Of a stretch of DNA of 64,000 nt, positions 10,387 through 22,100 are shown piece after piece (within the stretch, counting starts at the first letter, position 1; every line of letters begins with the position of its first letter). Below the pieces are notes generated by a model. That model was not told the DNA's origin, did no database searches, and saw only the letters and a program-made list of their open reading frames with translations. The translations under genes and the position numbers were made by a program. The DNA lies in contig CAVQBA010000002.1 in the NCBI GenBank assembly GCA_963710605.1, positions 1 through 64,000 on the forward strand, written 5' to 3'. Source of the stretch: an uncultured cyanobacterium (GTDB lineage: Bacteria > Cyanobacteriota > Cyanobacteriia > Cyanobacteriales > Cyanobacteriaceae).

Positions 10387-10866
10387 ATGTCTCAAGAATT
10401 ATCTCATCTTAACAACGATCGTGAAATTGATATGGTTGATGTTTCTCGCAAAAACATTACCGAACGTAAAGCGATCGCTTCTGGTAAAATAATTATGTCC
10501 CAAGAGAGCTTGAGTAAAGTACAAGCAGGAAATAGTCCTAAAGGAGATGTGATTGCCACAGCTAAAATAGCCGGAATTATGGCGGCAAAACAAACTTCAC
10601 AACTAATTCCTTTATGTCATCCTTTACCATTACAAAAAATTGGCATCAAAATTACAGCCGATTCTAAATTACCCGGTTATCACATCGAAGCGTTAGCGAA
10701 AACCAAAGCCGAAACAGGTGTAGAAATGGAAGCCTTAACCGCAGTTAGTGTGACGGCATTGACTCTTTATGACATGATTAAAGCGATCGATAAATCAATG
10801 ATAATCACCGAAATAAAATTAATCAGTAAAACAGGAGGAAAATCTGATTATCAAATCGGCGAATAA
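10387..10866 (+). CDS. moaC: Cyclic pyranopterin monophosphate synthase
   Basis: [29 protein letters not shown] motifs. Confidence 0.95.
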   Translation: MSQELSHLNNDREIDMVDVSRKNITERKAIASGKIIMSQESLSKVQAGNSPKGDVIATAKIAGIMAAKQTSQLIPLCHPLPLQKIGIKITADSKLPGYHIEALAKTKAETGVEMEALTAVSVTALTLYDMIKAIDKSMIITEIKLISKTGGKSDYQIGE

Positions 10867-10919
10867 ATAAGCAATTAACAATTAACAATGAATAACGCTT
10901 AATTATTCATTGTCTAAAG

Positions 10920-11222
10920 CTACCAACTAGATTTAACAACTCCAGGTAATAAACCTTCATGAGCCCATTCACGGAATACATTACGAGATAAACCAAAATC
11001 ACGATAATAACCACGAGAACGACCTGTCACCCAACAACGATTACGTTGACGGTGAGGAGCGCTATTTAAAGGTAAACGTTGTAATTGACGTTGTAACTCA
11101 AATTTTTCAGCAGGATCATCACAAACACGGATTTGCTCTTTTAATTCTACTCTTTTGTCAGCATATTTTGCTACTAATTTGGCACGTTTTGCTTCACGTG
11201 CGATCATTGATTTTTTAGCCAT
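10920..11222 (-). CDS. rpsN: 30S ribosomal protein S14
   Basis: [10 protein letters not shown]...[21 protein letters not shown]...PGVVKSSW. Confidence 0.98.
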   Translation of the reverse strand: MAKKSMIAREAKRAKLVAKYADKRVELKEQIRVCDDPAEKFELQRQLQRLPLNSAPHRQRNRCWVTGRSRGYYRDFGLSRNVFREWAHEGLLPGVVKSSW

Positions 11223-11401
11223 TTAAAATAATACGTAAATACCAGATTAATTATAAACACAGCATCTTTTATAGTAACCCATATTTTTCTCAAATGTCAA
11301 AACAATTGAGTAAGAAGATATTCGACCTTCTAGAGAACTTTTGATATAATGTGACCACCGCCATGTATTGTTAAAGCTAACTTTCAACCTTAGACAAAGC
11401 C

Positions 11402-12160
11402 TTGAAATTTTTACTCTATTCCCCCGTTAACACAACCAAACCACTATTTATTTATTTACCAGGTATGGATGGTAGTGGAGATTTATTAGAAAGTCAGACA
11501 CATATCTGGGAACACTTTGATGTACGTTGTTTATATCTTCCTTCTGAAGAATTAGATTGGGAGCAGATAACTCAAGCAACAGTCAGTTTAATTAAAGAAG
11601 AATTAGCCATTAATGGAAAAAGAAAAATATATCTGTGTGGAGAATCTTTTGGTGGTTGTTTGGCTTTAAAATTGATTGAATTAGAGCCTAAACTATTTGA
11701 TCAAGTCGTTATTATCAACTGTGCTTCAGCTTTCTCACAGAGACCTTTATTGACTTTGGGGATATTTTTTACTGAAATAATGTCTAATTTTGCTTATCGT
11801 TACTCAGCAATACTTTTGTTACCTTTTTTGGGCAAATTAGGGGCTATTAGCAAAAAAGAAAAAAATAAATTATTAAAAGTAATGAGAAACGTCCCCCCTA
11901 AAGTAGTTTCTTCTAGATTGGCTTTACTGAGAAATTTTGAATTTGAACCGCCTCAAGTGTATCCTCGTTTATTATTTGTGGCAGGAAAGCAAGATAATCT
12001 ATTACCTTCTGTTTCTGAAGCCCAAAGACTTAAGCAAGAGTATTTTCCTTCTGCTAAGGTTGCTATTTTACCTAATAGTGGACATTGTTGTTTATTAGAA
12101 ACAGATATTGATTTATTAGAAATTATGAGTGAGCAACAATTACTTCTTTTTCAAGAATAA
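11402..12160 (+). CDS. Alpha/beta hydrolase
   Basis: LPGMDG, GESFGG nucleophile elbow, D and GH catalytic residues. Confidence 0.85.
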   Translation: MKFLLYSPVNTTKPLFIYLPGMDGSGDLLESQTHIWEHFDVRCLYLPSEELDWEQITQATVSLIKEELAINGKRKIYLCGESFGGCLALKLIELEPKLFDQVVIINCASAFSQRPLLTLGIFFTEIMSNFAYRYSAILLLPFLGKLGAISKKEKNKLLKVMRNVPPKVVSSRLALLRNFEFEPPQVYPRLLFVAGKQDNLLPSVSEAQRLKQEYFPSAKVAILPNSGHCCLLETDIDLLEIMSEQQLLLFQE

Positions 12161-12280
12161 TTTTAATTTTTTATTCGTTTTGATTAAGTAATAGTATAAA
12201 TAATCAAAAGTGTAGTTATTTGAAATAAGAATCAAACAAGTTGTCATCTATTTATTCGTTGTGCAATTTATTACACGGTA

Positions 12281-12385
12281 AGTAGCCCCAATTAATTAAA
12301 CGTAAAAAAGCTTAAGCCTTTCGTAGTGAGGTTTTAAGCCCTAAAGGGGTCACTACAAACTTTCTTTTATTTAGTTGGTGCTACT
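12281..12385 (+). mobile_element. IS630-related MITE
   Basis: Ends AGTAGCCCCAATTAATTAAACG / TTTATTTAGTTGGTGCTACT with TA flanks, resembling the IS630 inverted repeats at 5091/6212. Confidence 0.75.
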
Positions 12386-12419
12386 TACTTAAATAACTCA
12401 TATAGCAGATAATAAATAA

Positions 12420-15400
12420 TTAGATAGTAGCTAAAGATTTTTGCTCAATTAATTGACCGATCGACTGGAGAAATTTTTGTTCAATATAAGGTTTGGTAAA
12501 GTAAGCATTCGCACCTAAATGAGTTGCTAATTTACGGTGTTTATCATTACTTCTAGATGTAAGCATCGCTACTGGTATTTTGCCTAATTCAGGATAACGT
12601 CTTCTTTGTCCTAAAAATTCAAAACCGTTCATATTTGGCATTTCAATATCACAAATCACTAAATTAACATTATTTAGTTGTTGTAATTGATCGAATGCTT
12701 CTTTACCGTCTTTAGCTTGAATTACTCGATAACCTGCTTTTTCTAATGATAATGCTAATGTTCTTCTCATAGCGGCACTATCATCTACGATTAAAACAGT
12801 TGCTACTTGGAATGTTTTGATACTTGATGTTGGTGCTTGCTCTTCGTTTTGAGGAGTATTAATCGGAATTTGAACTTTACGAATTCCCTGAGTGACTTGT
12901 AAGAAATTAGATAATAAAGTAGCTGTATTGATAACTGGGATTAAAGTACCATCGCTCAGGATTGTACAACCGTAGGTATAGCTAGGTGCACTAAGTGATT
13001 TACCAAAGGGTTTGATTACTAATTCTTGCTCACTAACTAAGTTTTCGACTTCAATCGCAAATAGTTCTTTTCCTAAACTTAATACTAATAAAGGATTACC
13101 CCATTCCTCAGGTGTTGGTAAAATTTCTAAACTGGTACTAGCGGTTGTTAATTCCGATACATAACAACGATATTCTAAAAGGTTATTTAATGAATAAATA
13201 GGTACTATTTTGTTTTCAAAATGTAAGAATCTTTGATTTCCTGATGTTTTAATTTGTTTGGTTTCAGGAACGATAATCTCGGTAATATTATCTGAAGGTA
13301 GAGCATAAAAATGTGGCCCCATTGATAAGACTAGTAGTTTATCGATCGTTAAAGTTAGGGGTAAACTAAGAATAAATGTAGTTCCTTTTCCTTTTTCTGA
13401 ATTAACCGTAATATTACCTTTAAGCGCTCTTAATTGAGAACGAACAATATCTAAACCGACACCACGCCCTGAAATTTCGGTAACGGCGGTTGCGGTGGAA
13501 AAGCCCGGTTCAAAAACTATATTAAGTAAATCATCTTCACTAATTGAGTTAGATTGCTCTAAAGTTATTAATTGACGATCGATCGCTTTATTTCTAATTT
13601 TATCTAGATTTAAACCATTACCATCGTCTTTGATTTCAATAATAGTTTGATTACCTTGATGGTAAGCTTTTACTTGAATTGTACCCATGATTGATTTACC
13701 TCGTTGCCGACGGATTTCAGGGGTTTCAATTCCGTGATCAAATGCGTTACGAATCAAATGAACTAAAGGATCATATAATTTTTCTAATGCCGCTTTATCT
13801 ACTAATACACTAGTACCGTCCATTTTAAGATTAACTTTTTTGTTATATTTAACTGATAAATCTCTTAATACACGAGGAAAACGATTAAGAATTTCAGCTA
13901 AAGGTAACATTCTCGCCCACATCAGCTCATCTCTTAAACGATTGAGCATTTGACGTTGCCCTTCTACAGTTTCACCTGTTTGACTAGCAAACAAAGCAAT
14001 ATCATCAACCGCTTCTTCTAATTGAATCATTTGTTCAATTAAACCTTGAACAACACCGTAAAGGTTATCATAACAATCCATTTCTAAGGCATCAAAAGCT
14101 GAATTTAGATTAAATTGTTCATCGTCGAATCCAGATGGCGAGAGGCTAAATTTATTAGTTTTGCTTGTGGTTGTCGGAGCAAATTTTTCGGGAGAAACGA
14201 GCATTTGGTCGGCTAAATCTCTCAAATTATTTGCCATTTGTTGGAAACTACCAAATCTTTCGGTTAATTCTTCTACTGAAGTTTGTAGTTTATCGTTTTG
14301 TAATGATAACCCATTACGATTAATTGATAATTCACCGATAAGGTTATTCATTCTTTCTAAACGATCTAAATCGACTCTAATGGTTAAATTAGATTTATTG
14401 TTAGCCGAAGAAGTAACGTTAGTTTTTTTCTTGCTTGTTTTTTGATTAGATTTAGCGACTAATTTTGATTTAGCTTTTTTAAGTATTTCAGTTGTCGGTT
14501 TGAGTGGGGCATCTGTTTTGATACTAGGTAATTTTTGATAAATATCACCAATTGATTGAATCGCATCAGTTAGGTTTGTTGGTACATTTTCTATTTCTAC
14601 ATCGTCGCTTATTTGTTCATCATCAGCGTCTTTTAATTTAGTATCTTCGATCGTAATTTGTGGTAAATCTTGATTACTAAAAGGTAATAAGTTATTATCT
14701 TGTACAACTTCTGTTTGTGCTTCTTCTGAATCATTAACTTCATAATCGAAAGTACCGAAAACATCTTCAATTGAAGGAGATAATTCATTGTTTTGAGCTT
14801 TATTTTCAGTAAAATTAAAAACTTCTGGTTCATCTTCTTGATAACCAAATATACTACTAACAGAAGTATTTTCAATTAGTGGTACTGAATCATCATTATC
14901 ATCATCTAGATCAAGAATATCTTCTATTTCGGGAAGTTGAAAAATTTCTTCAACCGAAGGAATCGTTTGATTTTTATCTTGCTCTAATGCTAATTTAGAA
15001 GCCGAACTTAATAAATTAATTTGTGATGGGGTTAATTCTGAGGCAAATATATCTTCTAATTCTACAATCGATTCTGAAGAATCGTTGTCAGTTATTTCTT
15101 CCTCAGTTGAAGATAAGACATCATCTATTTCTAAATCTTCTTGATTGAGAGCTAATGATTCTTCATCAAAAGAAGTATTGATTTGAGTATCTTTGGAAAT
15201 TGGCGTTAGTCTAAATATGTGATCTAATTCGGTTAATTGTTCCCCAAATATCTGCTCAATTGAAGGTTGCATCTCTTCATCTAAGGTTATTTTTTGTTGA
15301 GCTAAACTAATTAACTCCAGACTTGGCTCACCTCCTGTGATACGATCGCCATCTAGTACCAAACTACGAGCTTTTTCGACATCACGAATGAGGATTTTGG

Positions 15401-18400
15401 CAATTAAAACTAAACAATCAGGGTTAGTTTCAATCGCTTGTAACCCTAAAACACCAATATCTTCAAACCCAGATAAATTAAGAATTTTACCAAAACCTGA
15501 GAATACTTCTAATGTCGCTCTTAATTCTCCCATCAAAGGTTGGGTTATTGGTTGGGTGCTGACACTTTTTAGTCTTTGTAATTGCTCAGCAACATCAACT
15601 TCAAACATAGATTCAACTATATCTATACCCAAATCAGTTGAGCTTGGCATATAATCGTTGCTACGAGTTAAAGCTGTGCCTAATTTCGCTTGAATATTTT
15701 GCCAAACAGCTTCAGCCCTATTTAATATTTTTTCTTGATCATAGCTACCTGTCTCAATTTGTGAGTTTAAGGCAGTATCTAGACAATCATAACTTTCTAA
15801 TAACCATGTTTCTAATTCTGTATCTACTTCTATCTTTGGGTTATAAAGGACTTTAAAAACGTCTTCTAAGCGGTGAGAAATAGTCTTAATTCCTTCCAAA
15901 TGAAAGTTTGACGCTCCCCCCTTCAATGAATGAGCCGCTCTCATTAATTCGTGTATTTTAGCAGGAACTCGTTTTTCTTCTTTTAGATTTAAAAGTCCAT
16001 TTTCTAATATTTGTAACAGTTCGGGGGCTTCTTCAACAAAGAAAGTGTAAGCTTGATCTTTAGTGGAGTCTATTTGTTCATCAGTTGAATCGATCGAGTT
16101 ATCTGAATCAGGAGCAATTGTTGTTTTTCCTGCTAAAAAGCTGAGTTGTTGACTTGGTTTACCACCTTCGGTACAATCGCCTTTTAAAACTTCTTGTCTG
16201 GCAAATTTCAAGCTGTCAATCAACTCTTGAGTAATTACCTGTAATTGTTCGTCGCTATTGCGAGATAATGCTTCGGTTGCTGTCTGGCAAATAGAGACAA
16301 AACCCGGTAAAGATAACATTTCACCAAAACCTAAAAAGACTTCGGTTTGTATTGTGATAGTTTCTTTGATTGCCGATTCTTCTGCACTATCTAATGCCGA
16401 TTGTAAATGATTAATTCCTTCTAAAACATCAACTTCAAATATAGAAGTAGCAATATCAATTCCTAAATCACTTGATGAGGGTAAATATTCTTGAGCTTTC
16501 GCTATTTCTTCGCCAAATTGCCCTTCAAATTCAGCCCACATTTGATTAGCTATTTCAACGGCAGTTTCTTCATCAAACTCTTGATTTTCGATTCTGGCTA
16601 TTACAGCTTGACGTAGTAATTGATAAATTTCTTCTAGATAAGATTTGAGAGAATTACTTAGAGGAATTTCTTCATTAAATAAGGCTTTAAAACTTTTTTC
16701 AACTCTTAAAGCAATCATACCTAGGTTTTCTAACCCTGCACTTCTTGAGCCACCTTTGAGTGAATGAGCGCAACGAGCAACTTCATTAATTAAGTTTACA
16801 TGACGGTTAGCTAAAACAGCTTCTAAATTCTCATCAATTTGAGCTATCAAATCAACTGCTTCTTCAATAAAGAATTGATATGATTGTGCTTGTAATTCTT
16901 GTTGTTGAATGGAGGTATCTAATGACTCATCATTGTCTAGAAAAACGTTTTCAGTTGTTAAGGATATATCGCCAAAAATATCTTCTGTTGATACTTGTTC
17001 AAAAATATCTTCAATCGATTGTTTTTCTTCTTCTTCAGAATTATCTACTAAGAAATTTTCAGTTAATGATATATCTTCAAAAATATTTTCTAGTGGCGGT
17101 TGTTTTCCTTCTTCTTCATTTTGAGCCGAAATTTGCTGAGAAAATTCTTGCTCGAATAGACTAGATTCAGGTAAATCAATTAATTCACTAAAAACATCTT
17201 CTTTCTTATTATCTTTAACACCAAAGTTAAGAGTAAACATGGTGCTAGGATTATCTGAGGCTGATGATGAAATTTCTTCTAGTTCTGATGATATCTCAGA
17301 AAAGGTTGATGGATGTTCGTTTTCTTCTAAAGCACTTAACTCAGAAACTAATTCGGTAAAATCTAAAGTTGTATTAAATTCTGCTTCAATTAACGGTGGA
17401 TTATCTTCTTCTACTGCTTCTACCAAATTCATTAACAAGTCATCATCGTTATCGTCTGTTGATATTTGAGCTAGTTTTAATAACTCTGAAGATGGTTTAT
17501 TTAAAATTTGGGTATCTTTACCTTCATCTAAAACTTGTTGTTGTAAAGCTTTAACGTCATCAATTAATAATGATGCGATCGTATTAACTTGCTGAGGATG
17601 AAGTATTAATGCTTGAGCGGTAGTAGTAGCAATTTTTTTTAGTGATGGAATTACCGTCACTTCACCTAACCCTAAGATGATGTCAAGTTGTTCGTTAATG
17701 ACACAAAGTAATTCATAGCCAGATAAATTTTCCAGACTAGTTTGTAATTGCTCGATGGTATTAGCTAAATCAACTTCAAATAAAGATTGAACGATATCAA
17801 TGCCTAAATCTTCAGATGAAGGCAAATAATCTGTAAGTGCGATCGCTCCTAACTGTTTATCTAGTTTTTGCCATACAGCATCCGCTTCTTGTTGCCAATG
17901 ATTACTATAGTTTCCTTTCTGTGTTTGTTCAGCTAAAGCATTTTTAAGACAATCAAAGGCATTTAAAAAATCAGTTTCTAATTGATCATTAACAATAACA
18001 GTTTCATCAAATAATGCTTTAATATAATCTTCTAGTTTATGAGCAATATTTTTAATTCCATCTAAACCGACACTCGCCGCACCACCTTTAATTGAATGTG
18101 CCGCTCTCATAATATCGTTAATATTACTAATACTTTTATCGTCTTTAATCGATAATAATGCTGACTCAAGAGTATGTAACAAATCAGGTATTTCAGCCAG
18201 AAAAAACTGATAAACTGGATCACTTAAAGTCAGAGTTACTTTTTGATCTTTGATAATACGATTTACCGCACTAGCATCTAAATCCGCATCTATATCTTCT
18301 GCTAACTTAAGTAAACTTGAGCAAGGGTTTCCACCTTCGGTGCAATCGCCATCAAGTACAAGATTACGAATAATCTCTAAATCATGTAAAAATAAACTAG

Positions 18401-19067
18401 CAATAATCTCCATTTTATCAGGATTATTTTCCAGTGCTTGTTCGGTAATACTAAGTAGAATAGAAAACCCCGGTAAATCAGCAACTTCACTTAAACCTTT
18501 TAAAATTGCTAAAGATTCAGCTAATTCTTGCTCAATGTTAAACGTTTCTGGGGAAGTGACTAAACCTTTAAAACGACGAATTTCTTGAGCTACATCTACT
18601 TCAAATAAAGATTGAACTAAATCGATACCTAAATCTTCAGAAGAAGGCACATAATTTTCGACTTGTTTAAGTGCTTGTTCTATTTTAGGCTCAAGTTTAG
18701 CTTTGACTAAATCAATTTTTGTTTGTGCTTCAACTCGATCGAAATCACCTGTTTCTAATTGTTGAGTTAAAGGAATCGCTAAACAGTCGTATGCTTCTAA
18801 AAAAAGATTTTCTAACTGAGTATCAACGACTAAATCGTCATTATACAAAGCCTTAAGATAATCTTCTAATTGATGGGCTATATTTTTAATTGTTTGTAAA
18901 CCTACACTTGCCGCACCACCTTTAATTGAATGAGCCGCCCGCATGATATCGTGTACTTTGGCAGTGCTTTTATCGACTTGTATATGTAGTAAACCAGTTT
19001 CCATTTGTTGTAATAATTCTGGTACTTCATCGACAAATAATTGATAAGCTTGATTTAGTGAAGTCAT
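12420..19067 (-). CDS. Hybrid CheA-CheY kinase, PixL-like (4 Hpt, HATPase, CheW, receiver)
   Basis: Four HS(I/L)KGG motifs, HLIRNAFDHG, GRGVGLD, and C-terminal IVDDS..CDIEMP..KP. Confidence 0.92.
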   Translation of the reverse strand: MTSLNQAYQLFVDEVPELLQQMETGLLHIQVDKSTAKVHDIMRAAHSIKGGAASVGLQTIKNIAHQLEDYLKALYNDDLVVDTQLENLFLEAYDCLAIPLTQQLETGDFDRVEAQTKIDLVKAKLEPKIEQALKQVENYVPSSEDLGIDLVQSLFEVDVAQEIRRFKGLVTSPETFNIEQELAESLAILKGLSEVADLPGFSILLSITEQALENNPDKMEIIASLFLHDLEIIRNLVLDGDCTEGGNPCSSLLKLAEDIDADLDASAVNRIIKDQKVTLTLSDPVYQFFLAEIPDLLHTLESALLSIKDDKSISNINDIMRAAHSIKGGAASVGLDGIKNIAHKLEDYIKALFDETVIVNDQLETDFLNAFDCLKNALAEQTQKGNYSNHWQQEADAVWQKLDKQLGAIALTDYLPSSEDLGIDIVQSLFEVDLANTIEQLQTSLENLSGYELLCVINEQLDIILGLGEVTVIPSLKKIATTTAQALILHPQQVNTIASLLIDDVKALQQQVLDEGKDTQILNKPSSELLKLAQISTDDNDDDLLMNLVEAVEEDNPPLIEAEFNTTLDFTELVSELSALEENEHPSTFSEISSELEEISSSASDNPSTMFTLNFGVKDNKKEDVFSELIDLPESSLFEQEFSQQISAQNEEEGKQPPLENIFEDISLTENFLVDNSEEEEKQSIEDIFEQVSTEDIFGDISLTTENVFLDNDESLDTSIQQQELQAQSYQFFIEEAVDLIAQIDENLEAVLANRHVNLINEVARCAHSLKGGSRSAGLENLGMIALRVEKSFKALFNEEIPLSNSLKSYLEEIYQLLRQAVIARIENQEFDEETAVEIANQMWAEFEGQFGEEIAKAQEYLPSSSDLGIDIATSIFEVDVLEGINHLQSALDSAEESAIKETITIQTEVFLGFGEMLSLPGFVSICQTATEALSRNSDEQLQVITQELIDSLKFARQEVLKGDCTEGGKPSQQLSFLAGKTTIAPDSDNSIDSTDEQIDSTKDQAYTFFVEEAPELLQILENGLLNLKEEKRVPAKIHELMRAAHSLKGGASNFHLEGIKTISHRLEDVFKVLYNPKIEVDTELETWLLESYDCLDTALNSQIETGSYDQEKILNRAEAVWQNIQAKLGTALTRSNDYMPSSTDLGIDIVESMFEVDVAEQLQRLKSVSTQPITQPLMGELRATLEVFSGFGKILNLSGFEDIGVLGLQAIETNPDCLVLIAKILIRDVEKARSLVLDGDRITGGEPSLELISLAQQKITLDEEMQPSIEQIFGEQLTELDHIFRLTPISKDTQINTSFDEESLALNQEDLEIDDVLSSTEEEITDNDSSESIVELEDIFASELTPSQINLLSSASKLALEQDKNQTIPSVEEIFQLPEIEDILDLDDDNDDSVPLIENTSVSSIFGYQEDEPEVFNFTENKAQNNELSPSIEDVFGTFDYEVNDSEEAQTEVVQDNNLLPFSNQDLPQITIEDTKLKDADDEQISDDVEIENVPTNLTDAIQSIGDIYQKLPSIKTDAPLKPTTEILKKAKSKLVAKSNQKTSKKKTNVTSSANNKSNLTIRVDLDRLERMNNLIGELSINRNGLSLQNDKLQTSVEELTERFGSFQQMANNLRDLADQMLVSPEKFAPTTTSKTNKFSLSPSGFDDEQFNLNSAFDALEMDCYDNLYGVVQGLIEQMIQLEEAVDDIALFASQTGETVEGQRQMLNRLRDELMWARMLPLAEILNRFPRVLRDLSVKYNKKVNLKMDGTSVLVDKAALEKLYDPLVHLIRNAFDHGIETPEIRRQRGKSIMGTIQVKAYHQGNQTIIEIKDDGNGLNLDKIRNKAIDRQLITLEQSNSISEDDLLNIVFEPGFSTATAVTEISGRGVGLDIVRSQLRALKGNITVNSEKGKGTTFILSLPLTLTIDKLLVLSMGPHFYALPSDNITEIIVPETKQIKTSGNQRFLHFENKIVPIYSLNNLLEYRCYVSELTTASTSLEILPTPEEWGNPLLVLSLGKELFAIEVENLVSEQELVIKPFGKSLSAPSYTYGCTILSDGTLIPVINTATLLSNFLQVTQGIRKVQIPINTPQNEEQAPTSSIKTFQVATVLIVDDSAAMRRTLALSLEKAGYRVIQAKDGKEAFDQLQQLNNVNLVICDIEMPNMNGFEFLGQRRRYPELGKIPVAMLTSRSNDKHRKLATHLGANAYFTKPYIEQKFLQSIGQLIEQKSLATI

Positions 19068-19198
19068 GACAATAATTAATATTTGATAACGTTAGAAACC
19101 GACGACGACTCAAGTCGGACAAAGAATTTCTACTAAGATAACGGTGGTGGTATATCAACCAAATTAATAGAAGATAAAACCACTAAGGTGGCTGATGG

Positions 19199-22100
19199 TT
19201 AATTTACTTTAAATTGAGAAACATTAGATTCTAGTTGATTAGCTAATCCTCTTAGTTCAATAAAAGATTCTGAGAGTTGGTTAACTGAGAGATTAGTTTT
19301 TAGAGCAACTTGGGCTACATCAGTAATTTTAGTTTTAACTTCTTCTGAGTTTTCTGATTGCTCAAATGCCGCTAAGGCGATCGATTCTACTAATTCATTA
19401 ACTTGGAGAGTAATTGAGGTTATTTTAGTCAAACTTTTACGTGTTTCTTCAACTAAACCACTCCCTTCAATTACCAAATCACTACCTTCTTCCATCGCTA
19501 AGACTACGGTTTTAGTTTCAGTAAGAATATCACTGACTAATTTTTCGATATCGGCGGTTGCTCGAGCTGATTGAGTTGCTAAACTTCTTACCTCATCGGC
19601 AATTACGGCAAAACCTTGACCCTGTTCTCCTGCACGAGCGGCTTCGATCGATGCTTTTAAAGCTAATAGGTGTGTTTGAGCGGCAAATCGACTAATCAGT
19701 CCCACAACGTTAGAGATGTTTTCGGTAGTATCTCCTAATCGTCTCATTTGTTCTGTAGCCTGTTGTACAGTACCCCGAATATTCGTGATTGATTTAACTG
19801 TACTATTCATCGCTCCTTCACCCATCTCTACAGTTTCTTGGGCTTGTGCTAGTGCTTGTTCTGCTTGTTGCGCACTTTGAGCTACTATTTTACTTGAATT
19901 GTTCATCACGTTAACTTTTTCTAACGCTTCACTAATATTCAATACCTGCCCACTAATCTCGGTTTGTAATAGATCAACTTCTTGTTGTCTATTTGTCGTT
20001 GTTTGGGTTACTTGTAATGCTGTTGATTGTACTTGTGTTACGATCGCTCTTAAGTTTTCAATTGTTGCATTATAAGAATCAGCGATCGTGCCGATTTCAT
20101 CTTCGGTTACTGTCGCTCTAATAGTTAAATCTCCTTGAGAAACAGGATCAACTTGCATCAATAGTTCTAATGCTCGTTGTTGTAATAAAAGTCTTCCTTC
20201 CCTTTGTTCGGTTTCTGATTTTTGTTGTAAGTCTGATAATCTAATTCTTTCTAAAGCCAAACCGACTTGAGTTGATATTTGAGTATATAAATCAATTTCT
20301 TCTGGTTGCCAATATCGAGCAGATGAACATTGATGACAAATTAGTAAGGCGATTAATTTACCGTTAACTAAAATTGGAGCTACCAAATTCGCTTTGACTT
20401 TAAAAGGTCTTAACTGTTGTAAATGGCAATCGGTTAATCCTGCTTTATCAATATCTGGGGTTGATTGTACTCTACCTTGTTCATATCTAGCAACATATTT
20501 ATCGGCAAAACAAGGATCTTTAATAGTTGAACCTATTGCTTTAGGATAACCAGGGGCAACAGATTCGGCGACAATTGTTCCTGTCCAATCATTATCAAAT
20601 TCGTAAACTATAGTACGATCGCATTCTAGAGCTGAACGAACAGCTTTGACTGTACTAGATAAAACTTCTTCTCGTTCTAGAGTAACCGCCAAAGTTGTAG
20701 TCACATCTTTTAATTGTTCAGCTTTTATAGTTGCCTTAATTTGATTTTTAAGTAGATTGACCCGATCTAAAATTACACCATAACGAACCGACAGTTGTTC
20801 TAAGAAAGCCTTTTCTCGATTTTCCCAAGTATGATGCTGACGACAATGATGAGCAATTAATAAACCAAACAATTTACCTTGACTAATGATCGGTACAACT
20901 AAGTTTGATTTAATTTGTAAACGATGCATTAATCCTTCGTGTTCGGGTGCAAATCCTGCTTGATAGACATTTTCAGTGGCAAAAATTCGTCCGTTGACAT
21001 ATGCTTGTCTTAACTCAAAAGGAATACAAGGATCATTAATCTCTTCTTCTAAAGCACTAGGTAAATCATCTTCCCCTGCTTCGTTACTGATATAACCACT
21101 CCAATCGGGTTTAAAACGATAAATAACTAATCGATCGATTGCTAATATCTCTTTAGCTTCTGATAAAGTATTATTAAAAACTCGGTTAATATCATCTTCA
21201 TCTATTGTTTGTGCACCTGTAATTTGTTGGAACAAAGCCGCCTGATTAGCATCTAATAGTAACAGAGATTCATTTTTAAGAATGTTATCTGCTAGATAAT
21301 TAAAAGTAACGGCTAAATCACCAACTTCATCTTCTCCGATAATATTGGCTCGACTATCATACTGTCCATCCGCAAATTTAGCCGTTGTCTTTTGTAATGA
21401 TTCAATTCGATCGGCGATCGTCCGAGACATTAAAATGATGATAAAAACACTAATTACAAACAAGAGTAAAGCAACTTGTGCCTGTGTTTTTAAGGCATTA
21501 GCAATAATTTGGCGTAAATTACTTTCTGATGTTCCCCTCACTAAAACACCAATCGGGTTATTTTCATTATTCAAGATAGCTTGAGCTGTCAGGGTATATT
21601 TTGTATCTACTACTTGATCCCTTGCTGAGACAATTTCATTGGGGTTTTCTAAAGCTAGTTGTAATAACCGATCGTTAACTATCCCTTCATCAGTCTGGTT
21701 TTCATTTTCTCCTCTAGCAGTTAGTAAACGAAAATTATTTTCTCCTTCTGCTAAATAAATAGCATTATAACCACCATCAAATTCTGCTACCGTTGTCTCA
21801 ACGATCGTATTTTTTGTCTGACCAATAACATCACCTGAAACTAAAACACCAATTATTTCTTGAGTATTAGGACGAAAAACAGGAGTAACTGTATTGCGAA
21901 CTAAAACATCTTCATTAGCAGTAAGTTCTGATAATACTGGTGGGGATTCTTTTTTTATATCTTGCCACGAGATAATTTCTGATGTTTTAATCTGTTGAGG
22001 ATTATTAATGACTTGAGAAACAAGATTATTCGGATCAAAAACTTCTCCTGTACGATCGTTATTAGCATTAACAATAATTCTTTTGTTTACACCAACTAAT

